This document shows, piece by piece, positions 1 to 9,732 of a stretch of 64,000 nucleotides of DNA. Position numbers and translations under genes: made by a program. This DNA comes from Candidatus Iainarchaeum sp. (GTDB lineage Archaea > Iainarchaeota > Iainarchaeia > Iainarchaeales > UBA10219). Position 1 is the first letter of the stretch; every line of letters starts with the position of its first letter. The notes under the pieces were generated by a model. The model saw only the letters and a program-made list of their open reading frames with translations. It had not been told where the DNA came from and searched no databases. Where the stretch lies: positions 438,437 through 502,436 of the forward strand of contig JAGVWE010000002.1 in assembly GCA_018304425.1 (NCBI GenBank). Direction: 5' to 3'.

Positions 1-373
1 TTTTTACGGCTATGACGAGAGCGATGCCTGTATCCGCCTCCTCCAAGCCGGCCACCGGCTGGTGTTCGAAAGCAGGGCCTGCGTCTACCACCTCCCACCC
101 CTTGAAGGAAAATATTTGCCCAGCAAATTCTATTGGTCTGCGCGGAGCCGCCGCTATTTCATGTTGAAAAATTTTTCGGAACGCCTTTCCTGGCCTGAAA
201 TCGGTTGCTTTGAAGCAGGCAATGCCTTGTGGAACCTCTACCGTTTCCTGGCTGGTTGCCTGGGGGTTCGCGGCCGCGTGCCCTTCCTGGAACTCCTTCC
301 ATCCCTTAAAGGGGCCATCGCAGGTTATTTGGCGGGGTTGAACCGTGTTTCCACGCATCCGAGGTTTTTCTGA
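1..373 (+). CDS. Glycosyltransferase family 2, C-terminal part (5' end outside window); paralog of the next gene
   Basis: Frame open from position 2: FYGYDESDACIRLLQAGHRLVF aligns with FFLGYDETDLCIRIQHAGYRLVF of 373-1263; stop overlaps the next start (TGATG). Confidence 0.85.
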   Translation, partial: FYGYDESDACIRLLQAGHRLVFESRACVYHLPPLEGKYLPSKFYWSARSRRYFMLKNFSERLSWPEIGCFEAGNALWNLYRFLAGCLGVRGRVPFLELLPSLKGAIAGYLAGLNRVSTHPRFF

Positions 374-1263
374 TGCCGAAACCCCTGGCTTCTGTTGTCG
401 TCGTCACCTTCAACCGCCTGGCCCTGCTTCAGGGCTGCCTGGCGGCCTTGCGCCGGCAAACCTGCCCTGACTTCGAGATAATCGTCGTCAATGGCGCCAG
501 CGTGGATGGCACGAAAGACTTTCTCGCCAAACAATCCGAAATTCAAGTCATTAACCAGTTGGAAAACCGGGGCCTCTCCGAGTCCCGCAATGCCGGCATC
601 CAAGCGGCGAAGGGCGAGATCGTGGTCTTCGTTGACGATGATTGCGTCATGGACGAAGGCTGGCTGGGGAAACTCCTGGCGCCTTACGCGGATCCAGGGG
701 TTGCAGGCGTTGGAGGCAAAGTCATTGGCTTGCCAAGCCGCCGGGTGTTCTTCGATCACGGGGGCGTGGACTGCTTTGGCATCGTGCAAACCCTTCACGC
801 CAAGTCAAGCGCTGGCTTCCATCCCTACTTGGCGGGTTGCAACATGTCCTTTCGTCGGAGTGTCCTTGACGTGGTCGGCTTCTTTGACGAAGCCTTTTTC
901 TTGGGCTACGACGAAACCGACCTCTGCATCCGCATCCAGCACGCCGGTTACCGGCTGGTTTTCAATGACGATGCGGCCATCTGCCACCACATCCATGTCG
1001 AGGGAAAACACGATTCCCACCGCTTCTATTGGAAGGCGCGCAGCCGCCGCCTCCTCATGTTCAAGAATTTCTGGGACGAAATCGGTTGGCGGAGGCTATT
1101 GATTTTTGAGGTGGTTAACCTTTGGCGGAACCTCTACCGTTTCCTGGCTGGTTGCCTGGGGGTTCGCGGCCGAAAGCCCGTGTCATGGGCCGAACTCTGG
1201 GCCACGTTGAGGGGCGCGTGGAGCGGGTATGGAGCCGGGCTCCGGCTGCTGCTGGTCCCTTAG
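373..1263 (+). CDS. Glycosyltransferase family 2 (GT-A fold)
   Basis: SVVVVTFNR start, IIVVNGASVDGT, SESRNAG, FVDDD DxD motif, GFFDEAFFLGYDETDL. Confidence 0.92.
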   Translation: MPKPLASVVVVTFNRLALLQGCLAALRRQTCPDFEIIVVNGASVDGTKDFLAKQSEIQVINQLENRGLSESRNAGIQAAKGEIVVFVDDDCVMDEGWLGKLLAPYADPGVAGVGGKVIGLPSRRVFFDHGGVDCFGIVQTLHAKSSAGFHPYLAGCNMSFRRSVLDVVGFFDEAFFLGYDETDLCIRIQHAGYRLVFNDDAAICHHIHVEGKHDSHRFYWKARSRRLLMFKNFWDEIGWRRLLIFEVVNLWRNLYRFLAGCLGVRGRKPVSWAELWATLRGAWSGYGAGLRLLLVP

Positions 1264-1292
1264 AGGCACAAAATCCAGGCAAAAGCCTTTTA

Positions 1293-2354
1293 ATGGCAAG
1301 CCGCTTCCTTATCCTGGGTGGGAGCACGGCCGGCATCGTGGAATTGAAAAAGGTTCTCAGGCGAACCCTTAAAGAGGTATGGCTCAACGTCCAATCCGGG
1401 GAGCCTGGCAAGGCCGTTCACGCGCTCAAAACCTTGTTTGGCAACCTCTTCTTTGATTACCCCTGGAGCGTGCAACTCGAGCCCTGCAACCTGTGCAACC
1501 TTCACTGCGATTTTTGTTCCGCACCGCCCTGGGAACTCGAGCGGCAGAAGCGCATGCTTTCCCTCGAGAATGCCCAAAAAATCGTTGACGACGTGAGCCG
1601 GTACACGCATTACCTGTGGTTCTGGCTGGCGGGGGAGCCCTTCCTCAACCCCCAGGCGGGAAAAATCATCCGGCACGCAACAAGCAGGGGCATGCACGTC
1701 ATTGTCAGCTCCAACTGCATGCTCTTGACTGAGAAGGTTGCAGAGGAAGTCGTTGACGCAAGGCTGGATGAACTCATCGTTTCCGCGGACGGGGCATCCA
1801 AGCAGTCCTCGGAAGCCATGCGCAAGGGCTCCACCTTCGAAACCGTCGTAAAGAACATCAAGTTCCTGTCCGACCTGAAGCGGCGGAAAGGCGTTTCCAA
1901 GCCGCAGATAATCATGCAGTTGATCGTCTCCAAGAAAAACGAACACGAAATCGAGGCATTCAAGCAACTGGCCCGGGAAGTGGGAGCCGACCGCTGCGAG
2001 TTCAAGTCCTTGGGCCTGCCGACCTGGATTTATGACGAGGGCGTCATCGAGAAACTCAAGCAGGAATATTTTCCCGTGCAGGGTGGCGTGCGTTATACGC
2101 CGGACTTCGAAATCATCCAGCGGAGCTGCGGCTGGGACAAGAAGGCCATTATCATGGTGGATGGCACGGTTTGCCTGTGCTGTTATGACATCAACGGAAA
2201 GTACAACTTTGGCAACGTCTTGGAAACCCCCTTCCTTGACATCTGGCGGTCGGCCCAGCGGCTCTCCGCCCGCAACCTGATAGGGGAGATGCCCTTGTGC
2301 CAGGTGTGCGGGGCCAGCGTGAAAACCTATTTGGGAAAGGCCCAAATCAAATGA
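1293..2354 (+). CDS. Radical SAM protein with C-terminal SPASM/Twitch domain
   Basis: CNLHCDFC CxxxCxxC motif, GEPFLN, C-terminal CGWD...DGTVCLCCYD...FGNV...IW...CQVC; start moved to ATG 1293, after the upstream stop. Confidence 0.9.
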   Translation: MASRFLILGGSTAGIVELKKVLRRTLKEVWLNVQSGEPGKAVHALKTLFGNLFFDYPWSVQLEPCNLCNLHCDFCSAPPWELERQKRMLSLENAQKIVDDVSRYTHYLWFWLAGEPFLNPQAGKIIRHATSRGMHVIVSSNCMLLTEKVAEEVVDARLDELIVSADGASKQSSEAMRKGSTFETVVKNIKFLSDLKRRKGVSKPQIIMQLIVSKKNEHEIEAFKQLAREVGADRCEFKSLGLPTWIYDEGVIEKLKQEYFPVQGGVRYTPDFEIIQRSCGWDKKAIIMVDGTVCLCCYDINGKYNFGNVLETPFLDIWRSAQRLSARNLIGEMPLCQVCGASVKTYLGKAQIK

Positions 2355-2363
2355 GCCGAGCCG

Positions 2364-3506
2364 TCAAACGAGTTCCAGGCAGGCTTTCTCCAGTTCCACT
2401 GCCAACCGGTCAAACGTGTACCTGGCCGCAATGGCTTTGTTTCGCGTGCCAGCCTGTTCCCTTTGTTTGGAGTTTGTGAGTAACTCAGTCAATACCGTGG
2501 CCAGCCCCTTGACGTCACCGAATGCCACGACCGCGCTGCTTTCCTTGCTCACAAGGCCGTCCAGCGTGGGAATCCATGCCACGACCACCGGTTTGCCCCG
2601 CGCCATGGCCTGCAGCATGGCCTGGCTGGGCCCCTCCCAGGCGGAGGGCAGGCAGAACACGTCAAAGGAGTCAATCCATTGAATGAGTTCTTTTTTCCCG
2701 GCTGCCGTTGAAGTGTCCACGTTTCCGGTGAAAAGGACCCTGGTTCGGATGCCGTGTCGTCGTGCCATGGTTTCCAGGGTTTCCTTGAACCCCTTTTCTC
2801 CTTCGCCGCCAACGAACACCAGCAAGGCAGTGGGCTGGGTTTTCAGCACGCGCGCGAATGCTTCCAGCAAATGCCTCGCACCCTTGCGCTGGCTCAAGGC
2901 GCCGACGAAGCCAATCACCTTCCGGTCTAGGCACTCCGGTCTTCGCTCCTGTGCCGGCATTGCAAGGAAGGCCTCGTCAATCCCGGTGGAGGCATGCACC
3001 AGTTTTCTGGCACCCTGGCTCCTGCACCAGGTTTCCACATTAGCAGCCCGGTAAAGAACGGCTTCCGCCCGGCAGAAGAGCCTGGGAACGGTCAAGGCGT
3101 CCAGAGCTTGCGCGAACCCGTTTCGCAGGAATCCACCCGGGTTGTGTTCCACGGTAGGTCCATAGGTCAGCACCACGAACTTTTTTCCAAGCCGCTGGCA
3201 GGCATCCGCCGCCTGCAGCGAGTAGAGGCTTGCATGCGATTGCACGTGCACCAGGCTTGGATTGATTTCCCGGATTTTTTCTTCGAGGCCGGCCAGCCAG
3301 GCCAACCGCTTCGACCCAAACCAAGTCGCTTGAAGCCGGTGCACGTGCACCCCATTCAGGGTTTCCTCCCCTGGTTTTTGCTGGGCGAAGACAAGGGCAT
3401 GCACTTCATGGCCTTTTTTGGCCAGGCGTTCGGCCATGGCCTTCAAGTATTCTTCGGCCCCGCCTGCATCTGGGGGATAGCCGGGGCCCACCAGGCACCA
3501 CTTCAT
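2364..3506 (-). CDS. Glycosyltransferase family 4
   Basis: YPPDAGGAE N-terminus, FVGALSQRKG, FCLPSAWEGPSQAMLQAMARGKPVV. Confidence 0.92.
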   Translation of the reverse strand: MKWCLVGPGYPPDAGGAEEYLKAMAERLAKKGHEVHALVFAQQKPGEETLNGVHVHRLQATWFGSKRLAWLAGLEEKIREINPSLVHVQSHASLYSLQAADACQRLGKKFVVLTYGPTVEHNPGGFLRNGFAQALDALTVPRLFCRAEAVLYRAANVETWCRSQGARKLVHASTGIDEAFLAMPAQERRPECLDRKVIGFVGALSQRKGARHLLEAFARVLKTQPTALLVFVGGEGEKGFKETLETMARRHGIRTRVLFTGNVDTSTAAGKKELIQWIDSFDVFCLPSAWEGPSQAMLQAMARGKPVVVAWIPTLDGLVSKESSAVVAFGDVKGLATVLTELLTNSKQREQAGTRNKAIAARYTFDRLAVELEKACLELV

Positions 3507-4600
3507 TTCGTTTCCCCCGCCAGTTCCCGCAACACCCGTTCATAGCCGGTTACATTGTTTTCCACTTGGTAATTCAAGGCGATTTCCCTCATTTGCTTTC
3601 CCCTGGCTTCCAAATCGCTTCGCTGCACCACTTCCACCATTCTTTCCGCCAACTTTTCTGGATTAGCGGGCGGCACAAAGAAGGCCTTGCCCTGGGTTAT
3701 CTCCCGGAATATCGGGAGGTCCGAGCAAAGGACCGGGAGCTCGCAGCCCATGGCTTCCACGAGGCTCAGGCAAAAACTCTCCCCCACGGAAGGAATTAGG
3801 TATAGGCTTGCCTGACTGTATTGTTCCCTGGTTTGCTCTCTTGACAGGCTTCCCAGGAACCTTGCCTCTGGATAGGTCCGTTGCAGGTATTCAAGGTAGG
3901 CCGCACTGCAGCCCCCCGCTATTACCAGTTCAAGGCCGTTTGCAAGCCCACGGGCTTCCAGCAACCGGAATGCCTTGATAACCGCTTCCACCCCCTTCTC
4001 AGGCCGCAGCCGGGCCAGGTACAACAGCCGCTTCTTTCCCGGATCCTTCCTCACCGGCACCGGCTTGAAAAAATCCGTGTCCACTCCATAGTAGACCCGT
4101 TGCACCTTGCCCTGCGTGAACGGAAAATTGGTTTCAAGGTCTTGTTTCATGAAATCGCTGATGGCGATTATCCGATCCGCTTTCCGGTAGGCGGCCCTGG
4201 TTATCCAGTAATTGAGTTTGTGGGCAAAGCTTTCCAGCCAGCCCTGGTATACCATCGTTGCCACGTGCGGAGCCACTACCCACTTGCCGTTTCCCAGCAG
4301 GCACGCCAGGAAACCCCACACCATGTGCCCGCAATGCACATCAAATTTGCCGCGGTTTTTCCAAAAATAATGCAGCACCTTCAAGCACCACAAACCGTAA
4401 TGGATGTTTTCATGCAGGTGGGGTAGCGGCAACTCGAACTGCACCAAACCGTTTTCCCGGATTCTCCGTTCAAATCGCGGCGTAATCACGGTTACCTCGT
4501 GGCCCTTGGCCCGGAGGCCTTCCACTAGTTGCTTCATGATGCTTGGCACGCCGCCCGTTCTATCCGGGGGATAGCCGCCGCAAAACCATGCAACCCTCAT
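3503..4600 (-). CDS. Glycosyltransferase family 4
   Basis: YPPDRTGG, LARLRPEKG, PSVGESFCLSLVEAMGCELPV; ATGA overlap with neighbours. Confidence 0.92.
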   Translation of the reverse strand: MRVAWFCGGYPPDRTGGVPSIMKQLVEGLRAKGHEVTVITPRFERRIRENGLVQFELPLPHLHENIHYGLWCLKVLHYFWKNRGKFDVHCGHMVWGFLACLLGNGKWVVAPHVATMVYQGWLESFAHKLNYWITRAAYRKADRIIAISDFMKQDLETNFPFTQGKVQRVYYGVDTDFFKPVPVRKDPGKKRLLYLARLRPEKGVEAVIKAFRLLEARGLANGLELVIAGGCSAAYLEYLQRTYPEARFLGSLSREQTREQYSQASLYLIPSVGESFCLSLVEAMGCELPVLCSDLPIFREITQGKAFFVPPANPEKLAERMVEVVQRSDLEARGKQMREIALNYQVENNVTGYERVLRELAGETK

Positions 4601-5727
4601 CCAAGCACCTCGCCATACACCTGCATCACTTTTTTTGCCACCAAATCCCAGGTATAGTCCTTTGCCTTTTCCCTGCCGTGGTTGCCGGTCTTCCGTGCCA
4701 GGCCCGCGTCCCCCAGGAACGCATCCAGCTTTCGTGCCAGTGTCTGGTGATCACCTGGCTCAAAGAAGGTGCCACAGCCGCCTGCCAGGAGGTGCATAGG
4801 CCCATCATAGGGCGTGGAGACCACGGGCTTTCCCTGGGCCATGGCCTCCAATAAAACGATTCCAAAGGGCTCGTACACGCTCGGCAACACGAAAGCGTTG
4901 CAGGCGGCATAGGCATTTCGGAGTAGTTCCTTGTCGTGCGTGCCGGGCAAGAACCGTACCTGTTCCTGCACGCCCAACCTTTTCGCCAGTTTCCGGAGGC
5001 CCTGCACGTAATTGGTTTCGCCGCCTCCGATGAATACCACGCTGGTTTCCCGGTCCTTCAATTCGGCCGCCGCCCGGATCAGGGTCTCCGGTTGCTTGTA
5101 ATAATGCAGCCGGCCCACATTCAACACGATTTTCTCTCGCAAACCGTTTTCGTCCCTGAATTTTTCCCCATCTCCCTTTCCAAGGAACCAGGCATCCACC
5201 CCAAAAGGCACGACCCTTATTTTCTCCTCTGGGCAGCCGAGGGCCACGAACCGCTTCTTCTCCGTCTCATGGTAGGCCAGCAGGGCATCCACCTGGGCAA
5301 ACACCCGTTTTGCGAGGAGCACATCGTATGCCTGCCTCGCCAGCCCCAGCCCAAGGCTTTTGGGGTGGAAGGGGGAACCCGCCCGCAGCACGGTCTTCTG
5401 CTTTCGCTTCCTGGCCAGTGCGGCATCCACATGGAAATGGCGGAAGTTGTGCAGGTGCAGGACTTCAAAGCCTTCCAGGTGTTTCAGGAAACCAGGCCAC
5501 ACCCGGTAAAAGTTGCTCACATGAAACCACACCGGGAACCGTTTCACGCGGATGCCTTCCACGCTTTCCTCGCTTTTTTCGATGCGGCGTCGGTCATGTC
5601 CCTCATTGCAGGTTAGCACGGACACTTCATGCCCCTGCCGGATGCATTCAACGGATTTGTTTCGGATGGCTTCCTCCCATCCCCCTATCACCGGGTAAAA
5701 GAAAGGGCTTACGTGGCCTATTTTCAT
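4597..5727 (-). CDS. Glycosyltransferase family 4
   Basis: FYPVIGG, VGRLHYYK, PSVYEPFGIVLLEAMAQGKPVV. Confidence 0.93.
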   Translation of the reverse strand: MKIGHVSPFFYPVIGGWEEAIRNKSVECIRQGHEVSVLTCNEGHDRRRIEKSEESVEGIRVKRFPVWFHVSNFYRVWPGFLKHLEGFEVLHLHNFRHFHVDAALARKRKQKTVLRAGSPFHPKSLGLGLARQAYDVLLAKRVFAQVDALLAYHETEKKRFVALGCPEEKIRVVPFGVDAWFLGKGDGEKFRDENGLREKIVLNVGRLHYYKQPETLIRAAAELKDRETSVVFIGGGETNYVQGLRKLAKRLGVQEQVRFLPGTHDKELLRNAYAACNAFVLPSVYEPFGIVLLEAMAQGKPVVSTPYDGPMHLLAGGCGTFFEPGDHQTLARKLDAFLGDAGLARKTGNHGREKAKDYTWDLVAKKVMQVYGEVLG

Positions 5728-6851
5728 TCCCTTGCCGCCTCCAAGGCGTCGTTTATTTTTTCGGCCAGGCGCTTCCAGGAAAACCTTCGCACCGCCAGCA
5801 GGTTCCGTTGTTCCACGGCATAGCGGTCATCACTGGCCAGCAACCCCAGCAGGCCCTCCGCCAGCGCCGCGGCATCCCCTTCCCCGGCCAACGCGTTTCC
5901 TTTTGGCAGCAGCCCAGCAACCAGCGCATAATCCGTTGCCACCACGGCCTTCCCACACGCCATGTACTCAAGCACCTTCAATGGCGAAAAATAGTAACCG
6001 TGTTTCTTGAACTCGCCCTTGCGGCTCCTGGAGACATTGTAGGGCGCCAAGCCCAGGCAAGAGGCGCTGATGGTTTCAGCCGTTTCCTCCAAGCCTTTCC
6101 TTCCAAGCCAGGCCACGTTTTTTTCCAGCCCCTTTTCCTTGATCAGCGCCTGGATAGCTTCGCGCCTAGGTCCATCCCCTACCAGGGCCACCACCAAGGA
6201 GGGCTTTTGCTTCCGGGCGAGGTCAATGGCTTCCATCAAGTCCTCCAAGCCATCCCATTCCTTGAACGAGCCCACATAGCAGGCATCATAGCAGATTCTG
6301 GTTTTGCGCGGCCTGAACACGGCAAGGTCAACGCCCGCGCTCACCAGCTCCACTTTTTTCCGGGTGTCCTCGTCAAAGAACCGGTCCGTGTAAGCGAACA
6401 CTCGCTTGGCGCGGGCAAGCGAAGCCCGGGAAAAAAGATTGTCAATTACTTCCATGACCAGCGGCTTTCCCGTTGACCAGGATACCAGGCCGCCGATGCC
6501 GGACTGCGCGCGCTCGAGCAAGACGTCGCAACCCTCTTTTTCTGCGATCCGTGAAACCCTCCAGGCAAGCCAGAGGTTGCTCAAGGGCTTCAACACGAGC
6601 CCAAGCCAGGCAACGGGGCTTTGCTTGATTTTTTTCGCGGATACCACGCCGCCCCGAAACAACCGGTAAACCCGCAGCCCGTTGAGTTCCTCCACGCCTT
6701 TATCTGAGTCCCATCGCTCGCTCACCACCACCAAGTCGTTGCCCTGTTCCCTCAGTTCCCGGGCCAGATGATAGGTGTGGGTGGTGGAGCCAATGCCTTC
6801 AGAGAGCGCACTGCTTAGATGCGTGGTGGTGGCAATGTAGCAGACTTTCAT
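5724..6851 (-). CDS. Glycosyltransferase family 4
   Basis: YVGSFKEWDG, SPLKVLEYMACGKAVV, RFSW near the C-terminus. Confidence 0.92.
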   Translation of the reverse strand: MKVCYIATTTHLSSALSEGIGSTTHTYHLARELREQGNDLVVVSERWDSDKGVEELNGLRVYRLFRGGVVSAKKIKQSPVAWLGLVLKPLSNLWLAWRVSRIAEKEGCDVLLERAQSGIGGLVSWSTGKPLVMEVIDNLFSRASLARAKRVFAYTDRFFDEDTRKKVELVSAGVDLAVFRPRKTRICYDACYVGSFKEWDGLEDLMEAIDLARKQKPSLVVALVGDGPRREAIQALIKEKGLEKNVAWLGRKGLEETAETISASCLGLAPYNVSRSRKGEFKKHGYYFSPLKVLEYMACGKAVVATDYALVAGLLPKGNALAGEGDAAALAEGLLGLLASDDRYAVEQRNLLAVRRFSWKRLAEKINDALEAARE

Positions 6852-6863
6852 CGTGTTTCCCGC

Positions 6864-7475
6864 CTACACCTTCCTGGCCACATAGCACTGGTTGTAACCC
6901 CCGTACTTCAGCGGCCACGGCAGCACACACTGTACTTCTATCCGGGCAAACGGAATCCGGAAAATAACGGTTTCCATTCGTTCAACCACGAACCCCGATT
7001 TTTCAAACAGGTTCTTGAACGAGATGGGGCAAAGGAACATGGTGTGGGTCTCCTCGCCTAACGTTCCCCTCCCGCTTGAAATAGTTCGCAGCACGCGGAT
7101 GACATCATAGGGGTTCGGCGAACTCAGGAACACCTTCCCACCTTTCTTCAGGACGCGATGCACCTCATCAATGGTGTGCTTGGGTTCCCAGGTGTGCTCA
7201 ATCATCTCAAACAAGCAGACGGCGTCAAACGACCCATCCTTGAACGGCATTTTCAACGCATTCGCCCGCACGGTGTTGCCCAGCCGCATTTCCGGGTTAA
7301 AAACCCGTTCACTGAGGTCCAGGCCGACAACCAGGGAACCCGGGTTCCTTGCCACCAACTGCTTGTGGAGGTATTCCCCGCCCGTGGTGTTCTTGGCGAA
7401 CCCGATGTCCAGGATTTTCGTCCCGCGTGCGTGCCTAAGCGCCCACTCGAACCGGGCGTTTATTTTGTCCGTCAA
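6864..7475 (-). CDS. Class I SAM-dependent methyltransferase within the GT4 operon
   Basis: ILDIGF motif I, MPFKDGSFDAV, EMIEH, HRVLKKGG. Confidence 0.88.
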   Translation of the reverse strand: MTDKINARFEWALRHARGTKILDIGFAKNTTGGEYLHKQLVARNPGSLVVGLDLSERVFNPEMRLGNTVRANALKMPFKDGSFDAVCLFEMIEHTWEPKHTIDEVHRVLKKGGKVFLSSPNPYDVIRVLRTISSGRGTLGEETHTMFLCPISFKNLFEKSGFVVERMETVIFRIPFARIEVQCVLPWPLKYGGYNQCYVARKV

Positions 7476-8599
7476 AGCAACCCCTTTTCCTTTAACTGTG
7501 TCAAAAAACGTTCCCCCAGTTTTTTTACGGTGTAGTTTTCTTTAAATAGGGCGAGGGCGTTTTGGCCGAGTTCCCGCCTCAATCCCGGTTTTTCCTTCAA
7601 TTCCAGCACGGCCCTGGCAAGGGCGGCGGCATCGGCTTTCCCGACCAGCCAGGCCTGTTTTCCGTGGGTAACCCCAATGAACCGCGTGCCCGTGCTTTCC
7701 GCCGTTATCAGGGGCTTGCCAAAGGCCAGCGCTTCCCACACCTTGCCCGGCACATTGCTTTCCGTGCGAAGGCCGGTGCCAAATATCCCCAGCAGGACAT
7801 CCGCGTCGTTGGCCGAGAAGTCAAGGTATTCCGGGATGTTTTGCCCGCCCAGGAATTCCACGTTTTCCAGGCCCAGGCGCCGGCTTTTTTCCTGCATTTC
7901 CTGGCTTTGCTGGCCAAAGCCCAGCAGCTTGAATTGCACGTCCTTTGCACCCTGGTCTTGCAGGATTTTTGCGGCGTCCACGATGTATTCCACGCCCTGG
8001 TGGGGGATGAAAGAACCAACATAGCCGACAATGAATCCCTTGAACTTCTTCGGCCTGGGCTTCGGCTTTTCCCGTAAATAGCCTTGCGGCACCACTAGGA
8101 ACTTGGCCCGGTCAGCGCCCGCCGTTTTCTCGAATAAATCGATGTGCATGGGGCTGTGCACGACGATGGCGTCGGCCAGCCGGCAGGGCACCCAGTCATA
8201 GAGCCGGATTATTTTTTCCTTGAGCGAGCCCCTTCGCGCCAGCTTCCGGTCTTCCACCATCGTGACATACTGGGGGTCCATGGGATTGTACACCAATGGT
8301 TTTCCCTTCAGCCAGCAAACCAGTTTTGCCAGTGGCACGTCATAGAAGCAGGGGAAGTTCACCATCGCGAAGTCGAATTCCTGGAAAAGGTTTTTTGCCA
8401 GCAAGCGCAGGCCCCGCCAAAACGATTCCAGGAAAATAAAGGGGAAATGCTTGTACGCTGAATACGTGAACCTGCTTTTCTCGATGCAGCCGTTGACGAC
8501 TTCCACGTCATTGGATGTCAGGTAATGCCAGTAATGCGTGCACCCGATCACGGTTCCATTCGGGTTTCCATCCCAGCCTCCGATGAACAGCGCCTTCAA
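7472..8599 (-). CDS. Glycosyltransferase family 4
   Basis: YVGSFIPHQGVE, VPGKVWEALAFGKPLIT. Confidence 0.88.
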   Translation of the reverse strand: MKALFIGGWDGNPNGTVIGCTHYWHYLTSNDVEVVNGCIEKSRFTYSAYKHFPFIFLESFWRGLRLLAKNLFQEFDFAMVNFPCFYDVPLAKLVCWLKGKPLVYNPMDPQYVTMVEDRKLARRGSLKEKIIRLYDWVPCRLADAIVVHSPMHIDLFEKTAGADRAKFLVVPQGYLREKPKPRPKKFKGFIVGYVGSFIPHQGVEYIVDAAKILQDQGAKDVQFKLLGFGQQSQEMQEKSRRLGLENVEFLGGQNIPEYLDFSANDADVLLGIFGTGLRTESNVPGKVWEALAFGKPLITAESTGTRFIGVTHGKQAWLVGKADAAALARAVLELKEKPGLRRELGQNALALFKENYTVKKLGERFLTQLKEKGLL

Positions 8600-9732
8600 A
8601 GAAGCCCCCCAAACGCCTTGGAATAGTTCTTGGCAATGGTTTCCCAGTCAAAGGCTTTCGCCGCCTTGACTCCGTTGGCGGCCAGCCGCCTTGCCAGGCC
8701 AGGGTCATCATGGATTTGCAGGATGGCTTCCGCTAACTCTTCCGGGTTCCTGGGCTCAACCAGTAACCCGGTTTGGTTGTTCGTGATTATTTCCCTGGTT
8801 CCCCCCTGTCGGGTGGCAATCACGGGGATACCTGCCGCCATGGCCTCCAGGCAGACCTTCCCCGTTGGCTCCAGGATGGAGGGCAGCACGAAGGCGTCCG
8901 CGTCCGCGTATATTTCGGGCAACATGGCATACGGCACTTCGCTGACCAACTCGATGCGGTAACTCGCGCCGCTCCGGTCAATTTCCCGGATGAGGGGCAC
9001 AAAGTCATCGTCGGTTTTCATGCAGCCAACCAGGCGCAACCGAAGGTCCTTGTCCTTGAGGAGGGCCATGGCCCGCACCAAATACGTCAACCCCTTTTTT
9101 TGGGCCGCCCGCCCGACATAGAGGAGCACGAAATTCTTGCGGCCCTGTTTTTCCCTTGCCGGTTGCCTGCCTTCATTGAACCGCTTGAAGTCAACGCCTG
9201 TGCGCACCACTTGCACCCGGTCCGCGCTCACGCCGCCAGCTCTGACTTCTTCCACAATAAAGTCCGCAATCGGCAGCACCAAATCCACTTGCCTGGCCAG
9301 GAACCGCGCCAACACCCCATATTCCCAGGCGTTCAACCACGCCTTCCAGCCCCGCAAGAATCCGTGTCGGCCTTCGTTCAGGGAAGTGTGCAGGGACAGC
9401 ACGTACTTTGCGTTCACCTTCTGTCTTGCGAGCGGGAACAACCATCCGAAGGGAACCAGTTGCAGGCCGTGCACGACCTCGGGCTTGAACCCGGATTCCT
9501 TTACCGCTTGCAGCAAGGCCATTCCCCCAAAGAGCCGGAACAACGGTGGTTTCCCCACATAATGCAGGATGAAGCCGTTCACTTGCTTTACCTCCGGTTT
9601 CCCCTTCCTCAACGCGAACACGTGCACGTCATGGCCTTGCCTGGCCTGCCACCCCGAGACAAAATAAATGTTGGGGTTCAAACCGGAAGTTGCATCCTCG
9701 TGGAAGCCACCCACCAGCCTGGCAATCTTCAT
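8596..9732 (-). CDS. Glycosyltransferase family 4
   Basis: YVGRAAQKKG, FVLPSILEPTGKVCLEAMAAGIPVI, AFDW. Confidence 0.93.
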   Translation of the reverse strand: MKIARLVGGFHEDATSGLNPNIYFVSGWQARQGHDVHVFALRKGKPEVKQVNGFILHYVGKPPLFRLFGGMALLQAVKESGFKPEVVHGLQLVPFGWLFPLARQKVNAKYVLSLHTSLNEGRHGFLRGWKAWLNAWEYGVLARFLARQVDLVLPIADFIVEEVRAGGVSADRVQVVRTGVDFKRFNEGRQPAREKQGRKNFVLLYVGRAAQKKGLTYLVRAMALLKDKDLRLRLVGCMKTDDDFVPLIREIDRSGASYRIELVSEVPYAMLPEIYADADAFVLPSILEPTGKVCLEAMAAGIPVIATRQGGTREIITNNQTGLLVEPRNPEELAEAILQIHDDPGLARRLAANGVKAAKAFDWETIAKNYSKAFGGLL

